64,000 bases of DNA from Camelus ferus (Eukaryota). Position 1 is the stretch's first letter. Each line of letters opens with the position of its first letter. The stretch is from contig NC_045696.1 of the NCBI RefSeq assembly GCF_009834535.1, positions 100,752,001-100,816,000 on the forward strand, given 5' to 3'. Below are positions 1-14,050 of the stretch, one piece after another. Made by a program: the position numbers and the translations under genes. The notes under the pieces were generated by a model. That model was not told the origin of the DNA, made no database searches, and worked only from the letters and a program-made list of their open reading frames with translations.

Positions 1-59
1 AAGTGTAAATGTTGGTGGTACAGGTACACAGGATTTAATATTAAGTGGAATGACAAGGG

Positions 60-385
60 TAGGTGGACATTTAAAGGGTAACATCTGAGCAAAGACTTGA
101 ATTAACTGTGGAGATATTTTAAGGACATTCCATTTGAGCCAAGAGACAGGGAGCAATAGTGAGGAGGCCAGTGTGCAATAGTAGAGTGAGTAACAGAATA
201 AGAGTCAAGAGTAAAGGTCAGAAAAGGAATGAGGACCAAAGGGGATGGTACAGCTATTATAGGTAATATAAGACAATGTGAGAATTTTGGCTTGTATTTT
301 CAGAGAAATAAATGGGATGTCCTTTAAAGAAAAGACATAATCTGACACACTGACAGAGATCCTTCTGGCTGCTGTTTTGAGTTTA
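60..385 (-). mobile_element. L2 LINE fragment (ancient, decayed)
   Basis: Motifs gaggccagtgtg..., tttggcttgtattttcag, gacataatctgac and cttctggctgctgtt follow the order of the antisense L2 3' region as recalled. Confidence 0.65.
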
Positions 386-1090
386 ATGGAATTATTAGTT
401 TCTCTGATTTTAATGAGGTTCAAATTTTTGGTGTCTGTTGTATGGGAAATTGCATTAATACAACGATGGTCTTAATATAATGGTAGTCTCCAAGTACATG
501 GCCAAGCCAGCAATTTCAGAGATAACAGAAGAATAAAGCTCACAAACAAACCAAATTACAGAGTTTAAGTCATACAGTTAATTGAATCAGTTGAAAACAC
601 AGTGATAAGCAGGGGGAGATAGATGAAGTAGACTGCTATAATTAGGATAAGGTGCAAGAATAAAAGAAGGGCCACAATACCTGAAATAGGGGGTTCTTAG
701 GTCCTGTCTGACTCTCTGCTGCATCAGCCTTCTCCTGTTGAAGGTGTGGTTTTGAGGACCAGAGGTGAGGTTTGATCAAGGGAGCTCAGGAAACAGAAGG
801 TGCCTGAAACCAACATAGACTTGTTATATTGGGTCAACCCAGCAGCAAGCATGCCTGGCCAGTAGCTGTAGCTCTCCATGAGTCTTTCCAGCAGCTATAG
901 ACTTTATTTGCGTTTCTTAGTGGAGTCCTCATGGGACCACACAATGGCTGTCATCATGGGATAAGCCAATTTATCACCTCATAAATTTTGAGTGCCTCAT
1001 CTATAGTAAGTGTGTCATGAATATTTGCAGCTTCTGGTCCTTCTATTCCCTTTTTTAAAATCTGTTCAGCAAAGATGTTATCTACTTAAA

Positions 1091-1230
1091 TTATCTTTGC
1101 TTAACATGCCCCACAGATTACCAACTTACTTTAATTCATGCCTAATACATCTTACAGGTTTCTAATTTACATTATCTTTGCCTAACATGTCTGGCTGGTT
1201 ACTAACTTACTTATCTGCACTGACATGTTT
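1091..1230. repeat. Degenerate ~40-bp tandem repeat, about 3.5 units
   Basis: Units start at 1091, 1131, 1172 and 1211 and share ttatctttgc(c/t)taacatg...ttac(c/t)aacttac. Confidence 0.7.
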
Positions 1231-3409
1231 AATGACTCTACCTGCATATTTTTGTTACTGGCTTACTCTTTTCAGGGATTTTCTTATTTATTAACCATTG
1301 TTTTGAATAATTTTACAAATATGATCAATCAATACTATAGATAGAATCATTAAACTTATTTTTTAAGAAAAATTTTCTACTTTATATCCACGTTTAGATC
1401 CTAGACAGAATTTTTTTCTTTCTAAATTCTAAGGGGTTTGTTTGAAACTAAATACCAATCACCAGTATGTTAAACTAAGGGCTAATGATATATTGAGAAG
1501 CCTTAATTAAATCAGCTCACTTAGTCTTATGGAATTGATTCTCGTCTTTTGGGTCTTTAGTTATGCAGACTTTATCTATAAAGTTACTGGCTTCTGGCCT
1601 GAGAGCATGCTGGAAATCCTAAGCCAGCCGCTTGATGAAGCTGCATGCTGGCTGTTTGCAGAAATGAGGTACAGATTTTTACTGCAGCCCTTTTGCTGTT
1701 TCTTCAAAACTGAATTCTGATCTGCACTTTGTAGCAGAGGCCTTTATGGGTAGGATAAAAGCAAAAACCAATTTGTTGGTGACACATATGAATAGACCTG
1801 CTAAGTTAATTATATCAACTCACATTATCAAAATGGAGGAGAGTAAAATCCTCTGTTTGTGAATATGCAGTCAATGATTATCTCGAGGTCAGGAGCGGTA
1901 GGATAAGCAGGCAGCTGACTGACCTCCAGAGCACTTTGATTTGTACCATAAAGAAATGTTATAATCACCAAGAATGACAAGAGCATTTATAGCTAGAGAC
2001 AAAATCAATTTGTTTACAGTGTGTGCTACTCTTTGAACAAGAATCTAAGTGTCTATCCAACCTGGTAAGAACTCAGTTGCTAAAGCATTTATGGTGGTAA
2101 CATTTACCTCTAAATAATTAACCTAGGAAGAATTAATGTTTTTTGGTGTTCCCAGGGTTTTTTGTTCTTTTGTTATTTTTACTTGATAACTTAGCAGAAA
2201 AATAGTTGTGGAGAACTAATCAAAATATAGAATAATCTTCCTTTAGTAAATTAAAGAAATATCTTTTGTATGGGCCAGTGACTGCATGAGAAACTCCAAA
2301 GCTATTTTATATATAAATAATATCTTTAAGAAGTTATTGTTTAGAATTTAAGATCTGGATTTATAAAAAGACAATATCAAAAAAGAGTTGCTAAACATTT
2401 TCTTACATCAGGATATAAACAGAAGTCATGGGTGTTTAAAGACAAGCCTTTATTGAAGTATTAGCTATAAAATAATTTTAAGTATTTTTTTTAATAAATG
2501 AAAGACATCTGCAAAAAATAATTCAAGATCAGAGCATAGCTACAAATATATAACAATCTTTCAGGAAGTGAACTTTTGATGCTATAGGGAATTCTCTTTT
2601 CGAAATACAGGGAATAATCAATCAATCAATTTATTTATGTAAGAGTAAGCTATATTTCAAGGATAAATTATTTTTCTGAATATTGATTTTTCTTTCTTAT
2701 TTTTCAAAACCGCTTTCAATTACCACATTAAATTTGCCATCTTAGTGGAAATTTCAAAGAGTAAACACAGTTTCAAAGAATTTGTTATTTTAAATATTTA
2801 AGTCTTTAGAAATTGATCAGGTAAAAAAAGATAAATGGTAACCAAAGAATACCAATTCCTTAATTTAATATTGATTAAAGTATTCAAAATCACTAAGAAT
2901 TTATATTGTAATATGGTCACTGATGATATTACCAGTCAGAAAGATGACATTTAACACTTTTTTTTTCAGACAGAATAAGAGAAAAACTAAGTTTAAATTA
3001 TTTGCAGCAATGTTCAGAGCTTTCAGGGACAGACCCTCTTAAAAGACAGTAGTTGCCATTTCATATAGTTAAACACGTATGTTTACAGTCTCAAACTTAA
3101 AATATTTTGTGGAAAGAATGTTAACTTACTTGCCACATAAAGCCAGCATACTAAATTTAGAAAGTTTAAGTAATTTAGAAGATATACAGATTTGAACACA
3201 AAAATTATTAACCAGTCTAATTTGTTCAAATATTCATGTCAAATGAAGATTAGTAAACTTTTTCCTAAACCAGTATAAAATTCTATGTATTTAAAGTCTC
3301 TAAATTGTATTGATGGTCTAGGCTTTATAAGAGTATTACTTTCCATTTGAAACGATTCATTGTTTTTTCGATTCTTATTTAATTAGTCAGTGATTGTCAC
3401 AATTTTTAC

Positions 3410-3491
3410 TTCCCTTCCTTCCTTCCTTCCTCTTTTCTCTTTCTTTCTCTCTTTCTTTCTCTTTCTTTCTTTCTGTCTTTCTGTCTTTCTG

Positions 3492-3543
<52 letters not shown>

Positions 3544-3544
3544 T
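3410..3544. repeat. Compound pyrimidine microsatellite (CTTC)n/(CTTT)n/(CTGTCTTT)n
   Basis: Directly visible; explains the K/E/R-rich and F/L/S-rich ORFs at 3383-3682. Confidence 0.97.
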
Positions 3545-3576
3545 GTTTTGGTTGGCTGCTTCTAGGAAAGTAAGGC

Positions 3577-4057
3577 TTTTTTTTAGCTTTATTAAGGTAA
3601 AAGTGACATAAAAAATATTTAAGGTTTCCAACTTGATGTTTTGATATATATATACACATTGTGAAATAACCACCAAGATCAAGCTAATTTACATATCCAT
3701 CCCCTCACATAGTTACCTTGTGTGTGTGTTTTGTGAGAACACTTATATTTACCCACTCAGTGAATTTCAAGTATATAATACAGTACAGTATCTGTAGTCG
3801 CTGTGTGTAAATTAGACTTCCTGAACATATCCTCTTGCATAAATGAAATTTTATAGCCTTTGACCAACATTTCCCTACTTCCCCCAGACCCTCAACCCCT
3901 GGCAACCACCATTCTCCTTTCTGCTTCTATGAGTTTAATTATTTGAGCTTCCACATAAATGTGAGGTCAGACAGTATTTGTCTTTCTGTGTCCAGTTTAT
4001 TTCACTTAACATAATGTCCTCCAGGTTCATCCACATTGTGGCAAATGGCAGAATTTC
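3577..4057 (-). mobile_element. L1 3' end (L1MA8/L1MA9-like), 5'-truncated
   Basis: T-tract plus tttatt, then atcaagctaatttacatatccatc..cacatagttacc, cccctggcaaccaccattct and ttatttcacttaacataatgtcctccaggttcatcca, typical of an antisense L1MA 3'UTR/ORF2 end. Confidence 0.9.
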
Positions 4058-5035
4058 AAGAAAGACTCTTCTTAAAATGTCAGTCGATTCAAATAGTTAA
4101 AAATTCAGTTGACCCCTTCTTATTTTTTTTTTTAAATTTAGCTTATTTTAAATGAATGCATTTTAGTTTCTATTAATCAAACCAGTAAAAAATGATCTTA
4201 ATCTATTATTTTTATGGAGCCCATTGAATCTTCCATTTATCTTCTTTAACAAATAGGGGAATAATTTTTTTCCCCAATTCACAAGAAAATAATTTTTTTT
4301 TAAGACAAAGTGCAAGTTTACCACATGAGATTATTCTAAGAACCAAGAACAAGCATGATTGGGTTTCAACAGTCTTTAACACACATGTCTTAAGCAACAC
4401 AGTTTAATTGGCTCCAGTAGGTAAATTCATCTAGGCATATCTGCAGAGGTTCATTTGTTCTTCAGTTGAGATCAAAGATCCTTTCACTGAAGCTCAGAAA
4501 GTGTTTTTTTCTTTTTTTAACTCCAATTAAATTAATCTTTTCCTTCTTGGTAGAAACTGTTTTTGTCTTTATGAATATCTTCAAACACTGTTAGAGCTTT
4601 AAGAACTCAAAATACATCTGAGCTTCAAGAAAAATATTAATTAAACAAGTTTTAAGTTCTAGAGGAATGACTTAGGAAAAATTTTCGTTTACTCTGTTAA
4701 TTTATCAGTTTGTCCTAGCTTTTGAATACATTCTTTTAAATTCTTTTCATAAATTTCATTGTGCTGAGGAGAAAAGGATCCCACTTGGGGAAGGACCCCT
4801 GGTGAACTCAGCAAGCTATCATGTCAAAAAATGTGGAGGACTATGTTCTAGAAAAAGGTAGAAACCAGAGGTGGAGTAATGACAAACTAAAACCCAGAAA
4901 CAATTCAACTCAGTAGCTAATCGGATTAAGACAATGGGGACCCCAAGCCTAAAGCTGTCTAGCAAAGACTATAATCCACCCAGTTAGGAAACAGCAACGA
5001 CTGGAACCAATACAAATTTCACTTGGCAACTGGCG

Positions 5036-6330
5036 TTCCGTTTCCGTACATGATGGAGTAGTTAGTATCAGACTTTGCTCCCATGATAAACACATACAAT
5101 AATGGATAGTACACATAAAACAGCTATTTTGGGGCTTTAGCAGTTAAAAAAAATAGGGCTATGATTATTGAGAGAAGAGAAATATTTGAGGTAAGTCCCA
5201 TTTTCACCAATTTTACCCTGGAGACCCTTTCCTGACTACACACAGAGAAGTGGAGTCAAAGTAGAAAGCAGCAGTGTTGGCAGTTGGAGGAAAAGTAGTT
5301 TAGAGCTCAGGGCCGCCAAGGTTCCTAGGAGGAGAGCACCACAGAGAAAGAACCCTAATCTCTCTGAAGCATTTTTCCTTTGGTCCCTGCTCACTTCCTA
5401 AAATGTACATGCACGTGAACCTTCTGGAGGCTAAGTAGAGAACATTCTGGGCTCATACATACTGGGAAACTCTGGAGATCTGAAATACCCAAAGAAGAAA
5501 GACCACGGTAAATACCAGGCGTTCATTTGAGACCACATAAAGCTCACGTTCTAAAATTTAGGGCCAGACCTTCAGAAAAAGAGCGAAATCTTAAGACTAA
5601 GTGGAAAGGTGAAATAGATGTACCCTAATAGAGCCTAAAACCAAACGATGACAATAATAAGATTATTCAGTTCAAATTTAACTGACTGCTGGAAAGAAAC
5701 TCAACATACAGTAGAGCATGGGTTGGCAAACTATGGCCTGTGGGGCAACAACCCATTTTGATAATTAACTTTATAGGAACATAGTCACAGCCACGTATTT
5801 ACATATGCCTGTGGCTACTTGCAGCCTACAAAAACAGAGTTAAGGAGTTGTGACACACTTCGGTCCCCAAGCCTAAAATATTTACTGTCTCATTTTTCAA
5901 GAAAAATTGCAACTTCTGCTTCAGAGTTTATCAAACAATACTATGAAATAAAATAAAATAGAAAATTATCAAGCACAGTATGGAAATCTGATGGATAAAT
6001 AAACAAGACATAAAATAGTAAATATTAGCCAACAGAGAAGTGATCTAGATTTTGGAGTTAAAAGATGAGAATTTCAAAATAATTATAATTAATATAGTAA
6101 TAAACATAGAAAAAAGATAAACACAGTGGAAGAAAACAAAGAGTAATTCAATTGAGAGAATTAGTGAAAAAAGGATCAAATGGACATTATAGAATTAAAG
6201 AATAAAATGTCTTATATGTCATTAAGAAATCAGTGATTAAACCTGAATGGATGCACCAAGAAGCAGAATTTGTGAATTCAGTGATGAGTAGGAATGTATA
6301 AACATTCTACCTAAATAAAAATTAAAAATT
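5036..6330 (+). mobile_element. Old L1M 5'UTR/ORF1 fragment, interrupted by MER58A
   Basis: ttccg..gatggagta start and an A-rich, decayed ORF1-like tract (gatctagattttggagtta; atcaaatggacattatagaattaaagaataaaat). Confidence 0.6.
5717..5918 (+). mobile_element. MER58A-like non-autonomous hAT-Charlie DNA transposon
   Basis: Termini catgggttggcaaact...ttgcaacttctg; internal ggaacatagtcacagccac, cagagttaaggagttgtgaca and aagcctaaaatatttact. Confidence 0.88.
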
Positions 6331-6844
6331 AAAACAGTACTTTGCTCAGTGTTAAGGAATCATAACTAGTAAAATTATGATAGGCTGAGATGGCATTTCC
6401 TATTACTTCTTTGCACTGTTCTTATTTCTGTTGAACAGATGTGAAACAATACAACTTCGAATGTCAGGTCTGATAGTAGGTTAATTTTTATTTTTAAAAT
6501 GTAAAGTTCTCCTTTTTTTTCCCCACGTTTTCAGAGGCAATTCAGGAGGATATTTGAAGAGGAAGCATATGGCTATATATACATTATTTGAAAAGTTCGA
6601 TTTCTATCTCAATAAGGTGGTATATATTTTGATTTTATTATAACAACTTGTATATTGGTCTTACTCGTGGTATGATCAGTTGTTTTTTTTTTTAATATTT
6701 CATGGCTATTTTCTTTGAGTTCTTCTTGAAATACAGGAACAAATAGTTGCTTGATTTTATATCTGCACTGATTTGGGAAGTATGCCATGTTCATTTTGGT
6801 CTATGATCAAAATATAAAGTATTTAGCTCTTCTCCACATGATTC

Positions 6845-6985
6845 TTTTTTTTTTTTAATTGAGGTATAATTGACATGCAATATTATATTTGTTTCAGGTT
6901 TACAACATAGTGATTCAATATATGTATATATCATGATGCGATCACCACAATGTCTGACTAACATACATCACCATACATAATTTAA
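6845..6985 (-). mobile_element. Short L1 3' end with poly(A) tail
   Basis: T-tract followed by aattgaggtataattgacatg...tacaacatagtgattc...atcaccacaat. Confidence 0.8.
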
Positions 6986-8824
6986 AAATTTTCTGTATAA
7001 TCTTTTAGAGAATTTTTACATATGTGCATATTTTGTAATCCTTTTAGAAATGCTTTTCAACTTCTGTTTGATAGTCAGACAATATTATACAGGTGAGTCA
7101 ATATGCTTAAAGGTGTGTTCCCTCAAAGAATTCGTGTGGTTCATATTCTTAAATATACCATTTACTCACCTTTTCTCATGTATGGCTAGGCAACTTGCCA
7201 GGAACCCCTCACTATTTAATCAGCATTGACCACTTGATAAGGTAGCATTACTCTATTTTAAACTCTCAGTTACCCAAAGGATCATCAAACACTAAGCTGT
7301 GGACTTAGATATTTTGGAAGAGGGAAAAACAAACCAAACTAAAAGAAGGAATACATACTTATCTCATCTCCCTGATTTACTCCAAGATTTACAGAATTGT
7401 CTCACCCTCACTGCTTAAAAAAAAAAAAATCCTCAGGGAAACATAAAATCAATTTGCAAGGAGGAAGAAGTTACAAAGGAACTTTGGAGAGCTCCAATAT
7501 CCTTACTGAATTTGTATTAACCTATTAGAAAGTTAGTAGCAAAATGTTTACTATGAATGTGTTTTGAGAATTCAGATTGCATAACTGTTCAGCTGGTAAC
7601 ACAATTCAGGAGTGGAGAGCCAGAGCCTATGACATGCTGGGGGAACAAGGAAGGTAGACGGTTACCAAAGCTTGCAGAGTTGGGATTGAAAGGCAAATAG
7701 AGAGCCGAGGCAATAACAATCACCGTCTACAAACAGGGCATCTCAGAAAACTGTGGGGAGCGAAGGAAGAGCAAGCAGCTCTTGGAGGAGACATAACCAG
7801 TGAGGTGGTGATGCTATGATACTCTAATATAAATAGCCATAAATAATGGTGTGCCTGGGTGCACATAAAACTGGCATTCCTCTTTTATTCTTTTGTTACC
7901 TCTTTTATACCAGGAGATTAAAAAAATGGTAATGGAAATATGAATCTTGAGTATTTAAAATCGTTGAAGGCATAAATGCTGCAGACCAGTGGCCTCAGTC
8001 TGGTCAGATCTCGACTCTACCATTTCTCAGCTGTATAAACTTGGGTCAATGGCATAATCGTAAAAAAAAAATGTAAATTTAAATTTATGTAAATTATGCT
8101 TTAAAAGTATGTACTTCATTTTGTTACTGTGTGAGTTACAGGAGTAAATGTGCAACCCATGTAGAACATGGGTTTTAAAGAAAAGTGAGAATGAAAGCAG
8201 AAGTCCTGTTACAAAGAGGCTATAATATGATTGCTTTGTTGTTGTGGACCTTGAAGTTGAAAACGAGGCAATCAAATTTTGTAAGAAAAGCAGTGATTTT
8301 TAAAAACATTTTAAAGAATAATCAAGACTGAGTGGTTGAGAGAGAATGAAATCTCTACTTTGAAAAGCCAATTAGAGAGAGGAGTTGACCATGTAACTGA
8401 AATTCTTATTCCGCTCTAGAGAGAAGTGTAGCATCCCTAATTAAAATCATAATTATGTTTTTTGAGGGAAAGTATGAAACCATCTTTTTTATTTGCTGAA
8501 AAGCCAAGTACCATGTCTACCATAATGTATATAAGTAAAAAATTAATGAATTCATCAGGAATAAGAAATTAAGTAGGGAGTGCTTTTGGAGGTGGGGTAT
8601 AAGCACTATTTGTAGATATTTTTTGTGTTGGAATTGCAGTGAATATGTGCATCAATCTAGCAGAACCGGATTTGGGAGAGTTGTAAATTGAAGAGACAGT
8701 CATTCACGGTGTAAAATGGGAAACCAGGCATAATGTTCTGTTCTGGAATAAGAAACAAAATATCTCAAGACTCGGGGGTTAAAACAAAATGGAATTTTGG
8801 ATAATTTGTCAGTAATTTTGCTGG

Positions 8825-9036
8825 CTATCTTGTCTAACGTAGCACCGTCCTGCACCTATACATGTATCTGTCACACTGTGTCTCTTCATCCAGCTACTTT
8901 ATTGTTCTTAGTGCAAATCATCAACTAAAACTGCGACATACATTTCATGGAATCAGAATTTTTTACTGTTTTGTCTTTGAACATCAAATAGCACGTGACA
9001 TGTAGTAAGTTCTCAGTAAAATATTTTGAATGAATG
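8825..9036 (+). mobile_element. L2 3' end
   Basis: Ends tagcacgtgacatgtagtaagttctcagtaaaatattttgaatgaatg, the L2 terminal motif. Confidence 0.7.
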
Positions 9037-10956
9037 CTTTGATCAATTAAGTATGAGTAAAGAGGTCTCCAGGAATCATCTGTATAAAATAATAACTAAA
9101 ATAAAACTAATACACTTCCGGGGAAGAGAGTTGATTAAGATAAGAACACAGAATTAGGGTCACCCATATTTAGGAAGACAGGGCATTAAGCAAAGATGAT
9201 GAATCCCTTAATTGCAATCTGATAAGTAGTTGGAGAAGTAGGTTAGTAAAATGCCACGAAAGCAATGGAAAAAAGAACATAAAAATGAAGGATTGATTAA
9301 ATTATTCACAACTGGAATGAAGTTTTAAAAAAAGAAGCCATGTTTATACAATTTTTATATCTTGTATTTTGGAGGCCAGTTAAGACTGCAGTTAAATGCA
9401 TATTAGGATAGAAGATTTGCATAAATAAAGTATAAATGGATGACAAGGAATTGAAGAGACTATAGATAATTCTGAATAATTAAGTTTCTTTGAAAATTTT
9501 ATAATTCTGTAACAAATATTTTTACAGTGAACCATTTATTTTAATGCTCTCAGTCAGGATTCTTTTTTTAAATTTTCAAGGTGCAATAAAAGGCATTTTA
9601 ATAATTAATATTTTTGTGAATGTGAAGGTTTTATTATCATTTTGACATGCTGGTTGAATTTTGACATAATATATTTCTATCTCCATAAGCAGGCAACTAA
9701 AATTGCTGCCCTGAATCGAATTTCATGTGATATAAAGGTTAGGAATGCACGTCATTCCATCCTGCTCAAGACAGAAAACACTGCAAGAAGCTAGATATAA
9801 TTGCTTTGTCAATATAAGAAAATTATACAACTGCCAACCAACCCTGCTTAAAGTGATTTTTGAAGGGCTTGTTTATGCACTGTTATGTCCAAGAGGCTAT
9901 ACAAAATTTGTTAGCCTGTCAATGTCTTCTCAGCCCAGGCTGTTCTTAATTCTTTATCACTATTGAAATGTATCATGTAAATGAGCAGTCTATCTACCAA
10001 GGGATAATTACAGGTAAGTAAGAGATGTAAATAACTGTAATTGTGAATTAAATAATTAGAAATATTCATTAACAACTAAAGTCTACCAATTGTTAATAGA
10101 GCAGAAGCCACACAACACTGAAGTAACCAGCAGTTTAATTGGCAACCCCTACAAATTATACTTCAGGAGCTGGAGGACATATATATATGTTACCTAATTT
10201 AACTCTGAGTTATGTTCCAGAATGTTTTTAAAGGAGGATATTGTGGCTTGCCCATGATTGTGCAGCTAACAAATGGTAGAGTTGTGACTCAATCATAGGT
10301 CAGTATCACTGCAAAATAATTGCTTTTTTTTCTAATACTTAATCAGTTTTGACACACTTGAAAATTACCAACAACCTCAGTGTTTAAAGTTGATATACTG
10401 ATTTAGTAATGGAGTATCAAGGTTTAATGCCGTTTTACAAACAAATTTGATTTTTTTGACTTATGTTTCTTTGCTTTATATTAATTGTTCGGCAAAACTA
10501 TAAAAATGATTTATTATTAATTTGTCTCTAAATGCCCACTTTATATATTTAGTTCAAGTTATTTTACCAGAACCTTCTCATACTTGAATATTTTGCTTTG
10601 TTTAATCACTTAGTTGATGAATTTCATTGATTTGTAGTTTTATTCCAGAAAGGTTCTTGATTGCTCTATTTCCTTAATACTTGCAAGATTAATAAAATAT
10701 CTATTGCATTTATATTTTTAAAACCTTTGCATTATGAAAATATTACATTTAAATGAGAAATAATCAAGCAGTACAACTAGATAAAAAGTGAATAATGTGT
10801 ACTGTTTCTACCTAGGCCTCCAGAAATTCCATAAAGTATGTGCAGAAGAGAGATTTTTACATCCATTCTGTGAAATGTGTTGTTTTTGTTAACTAATTTT
10901 CTCCTTCTAATTTTCTATTTCATTTTTATATAATCCTTATATTTTTGGTAATATTC

Positions 10957-11420
10957 TATCAGTGAAAGTTATTTGGTTTCAACTATAGGAAATAAAACTG
11001 GCTATCTTAAGTAATCAGTGAATTTAATGAAAAAAATTGAGTATATCATAAGGGAAGCTCATAATATTGAAGAAAGATTGAAGAACAAGGCTCAGAAATG
11101 ATAGGAACCCATTCTGCTTTCTGATCTTCTCTAGTTGCTAGCACTGGAATGATAGAAAACAGAATAAAGAAACAAACCAACAAAAACTCTAATCACTATT
11201 AGCTTTTGTTATTTTATGTAAGATTCTAATTACAGAGGAGACTCATTTAAATTTACTTTGCATGGAGCACCTGATCACCAATGGTCTAGACAAAAGCAGA
11301 AGTTATATAATAGTCCCACTAGATTGTATCAAGTAAGAAACACAGGTAATACAACATAAGTAAATGGAAGTGCAATGCCAAATGGAATTTACAGCCAACA
11401 ACAACAAAATCCCACCACAC
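10957..11420 (-). mobile_element. Old MaLR LTR (MLT1K/L/M-like)
   Basis: ttggtttcaactataggaaataaaactggctatcttaag...aatttaatgaaa...gctcataatattgaagaaagattgaagaacaaggctc pattern. Confidence 0.6.
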
Positions 11421-11944
11421 AGTTACAAGAATTATGGACTAATTTTCATCATATCCTATATTTTCATTCATATTTTTCATCCCTTTGTTATTTATATAGC
11501 ATTTTAGAATATTTCATTGTCTTTTCCTTTCTAACAGTTCTATTGCTTTGTCTAGTTTTATTTCAACAATCATCTTAATTTATAACTGTTCTTTCTTAAA
11601 CTGTGCAATATTTTTAAATTAAAAAAGTAATAAACAAATATGGTCTTCTTTTAAATTTTAAAGGATAAAAAATAATGCTAAGGATTCATTTGGCTACTGC
11701 TCCCAGCATTTGTTGTCCACATTAACCCCCGACATCTGTGCTAACTGGTGTTTTTAGCTTATGGTTCCTTCTACACCTTTCTCTATATATCACTAGCAAG
11801 CATGGAATAGCATTTGGTGGAAATATTTGTTCTTATGTAAACTGTATTATAGTGCACAGATACATTTGGCAAATTATCTCTTCCTGTCAAATTGTGTTTT
11901 AGGAAACCATACCAGTATGTATGGATATCACAAATTATTATTAT

Positions 11945-13715
11945 TATTTTTTTAATCGGGCTATATCCTACATACTGGAGATATCACAGATACAATAGCA
12001 TAGATATAATGTATAAAGCTCAGAAAATTTATAATCACCTCAAATCGAGACATACAACATTTTCATTGCCCAGAAGGTCCTCCATGTTATTCCTGCCAGT
12101 ATACACACTTCATACAAAGGTAGCTCTACCTGACTTCTGTCATCAGAGATCAGTTTTGTCTTTTCTGACCATAACATAAATGGTATGACATACTGTGTAG
12201 TCTTTTGTGTTTGGATTCTTTCAGCAATTGATTTTAATCTGAGATTCCTTTTTTTAAAAAATGCCGTTTACATACTATACTAAATGAATATACCAGAATT
12301 TATTTATACATTCTATAATTAATGAATATGTGTATTATATCCAATGTGGTCTATTTGTATTATCTCTTCGGAGAACAATCTTCTCTGTGTCTTTTTGTTA
12401 TATATCTATGAGTAAAATAGATAGGTCATAAGGTGGATTTATGTTTAGCTTTTGTGGGTAATATCAAACAATTTTCAAAAAGTTTGTACCAGTTTATAAA
12501 TGATGAAAGTTTTATTTACTTATCCATTCTCAGCAATTCTTGATATTTATTTGCATTTATTGTTGCAAATATTGATGTGGACTGGTATGCCATTATGGTT
12601 ATAATTTGCAGTTTCCTGATGAGAAATAATGTTAAGAATTTTTTCCCCCAATAGTCATTGGCCATTAGTATATCCTCTTAATGCCTATTCAAAGATTTTA
12701 CTGCATTTTGAAAAGAGTTTTTAATTATTTCTCTCATTGATTCATAGAGTATTCTAGATACAATTATATATAACAAGATAAATGTATCATGACTATCTTC
12801 TCCCAGTCTGTAGCTTAACTTTTCGTTTTCTTAATATCATCTTTCAATGAACAGAAGTTTTTAATTTTAATTAAGTCCAATTAATCACTTTTTCTTTTAT
12901 GCTTAATACTTTTTAGAAAAAATTTAGTGCTTTATATTTCTTCTTAGGCATTATTTTTTACAGCCTACTGTAAGATCTATGATACATTTTTATTTATCTA
13001 TGTGCTTGTAATACATTAGTGATCTTGGTTCATATTTTTCCATATGGTTGTCTACTTGATTCTGCAGTGGTTTCTTTGTTGTAAATTAGATTATTGAATA
13101 TATGCATGAGTTTGAGTTCACAGCTCCATTCTGTATGCCTGGTACATGCCATTATATTTACACCAGTACCATTCTGTGTTCATTACTGGAATTTTTTTAA
13201 ATAAGTTCCATACTTTTTAGTATAAATTTACATTGTTCACTTTTGAAGATTGTCTGGCTATTTTAGATCACCATATTTCTATAAAAATTTTAAAATTTGA
13301 TTGACAATTTCCAGAAAACATGCCTATTAGAATTGTGATTAGTATGGCACTAAAGCGGTATTCCGATTTTGAGAAAATGAACTTGTTAGTAATATTGTCT
13401 TCAAGGCCTTCAATACAGTGTATTTCTTTATTAATTTTTAACAGAAACGATCTTGCACATATTTCAACAGATTTGTTACTAGGTATATGATATTGCTTGA
13501 TGCTATTATAAAGGCTATTTAAAAGAATTATATCCCAAATATTTGTTTCTGGTGTATAGAGGCATTTTAAAAAGTTGTATATTGATCAAGTATCTAGCAT
13601 CTTGCTAAATTTAATTCTTTTTAATATTTTTAAGAAAAGATTATTTTTGGATTTCCCAACTACACAATCATGCCCTCTGTAGATGCGGAAGCTTACTTCT
13701 TCCTTTCTAAGTCTC
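11945..13715 (-). mobile_element. L1MC/L1ME 3'UTR and decayed ORF2
   Basis: acaacattttcattgcccagaaggtcc, ataatttgcagtttcctgatga and tttcaatgaacagaagtttttaattttaattaagtccaatt are antisense L1 ORF2/3'UTR landmarks. Confidence 0.88.
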
Positions 13716-13734
13716 AAACATTACAAGTCTCTAT

Positions 13735-14050
13735 GTTGGATTAACTTTTTATAAAAATGAAATGTCTTTTTTTCTCTCAATATTTATTCCAGGTCCTGTT
13801 TTCTTTAATATTAACACAGTGGTGCAGACTTTTGGGAGGTTAGTATTGCATGGTACATCTTTCTAGCTCTTTATTTTCAACTAATCCATGTCTTTATTTA
13901 GAATATTTTTCTTGTACACAGCTTATATTTGTTACTTAAGTGAATCAAGTCTGTTAACACTCCTTTAACTTGTGTGGTTAGTTCTTTTACATTCAAGGCA
14001 ATTGCTGATAGCTTTACAAGGGTTTCTCTGTTCCTTATGTTATTCTTTCT
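13735..14050 (-). mobile_element. L1 ORF2 endonuclease-start fragment
   Basis: ggttagtattgcatggtacatctttc...tttttcttgtacacagcttatatttg is antisense to the L1 endonuclease start. Confidence 0.6.

Noticed and set aside
3383..3682. Lys/Glu/Arg-rich and Phe/Leu/Ser-rich ORFs
   Set aside because: Translations of the CTTT/CTTC microsatellite and the adjacent L1 tail.
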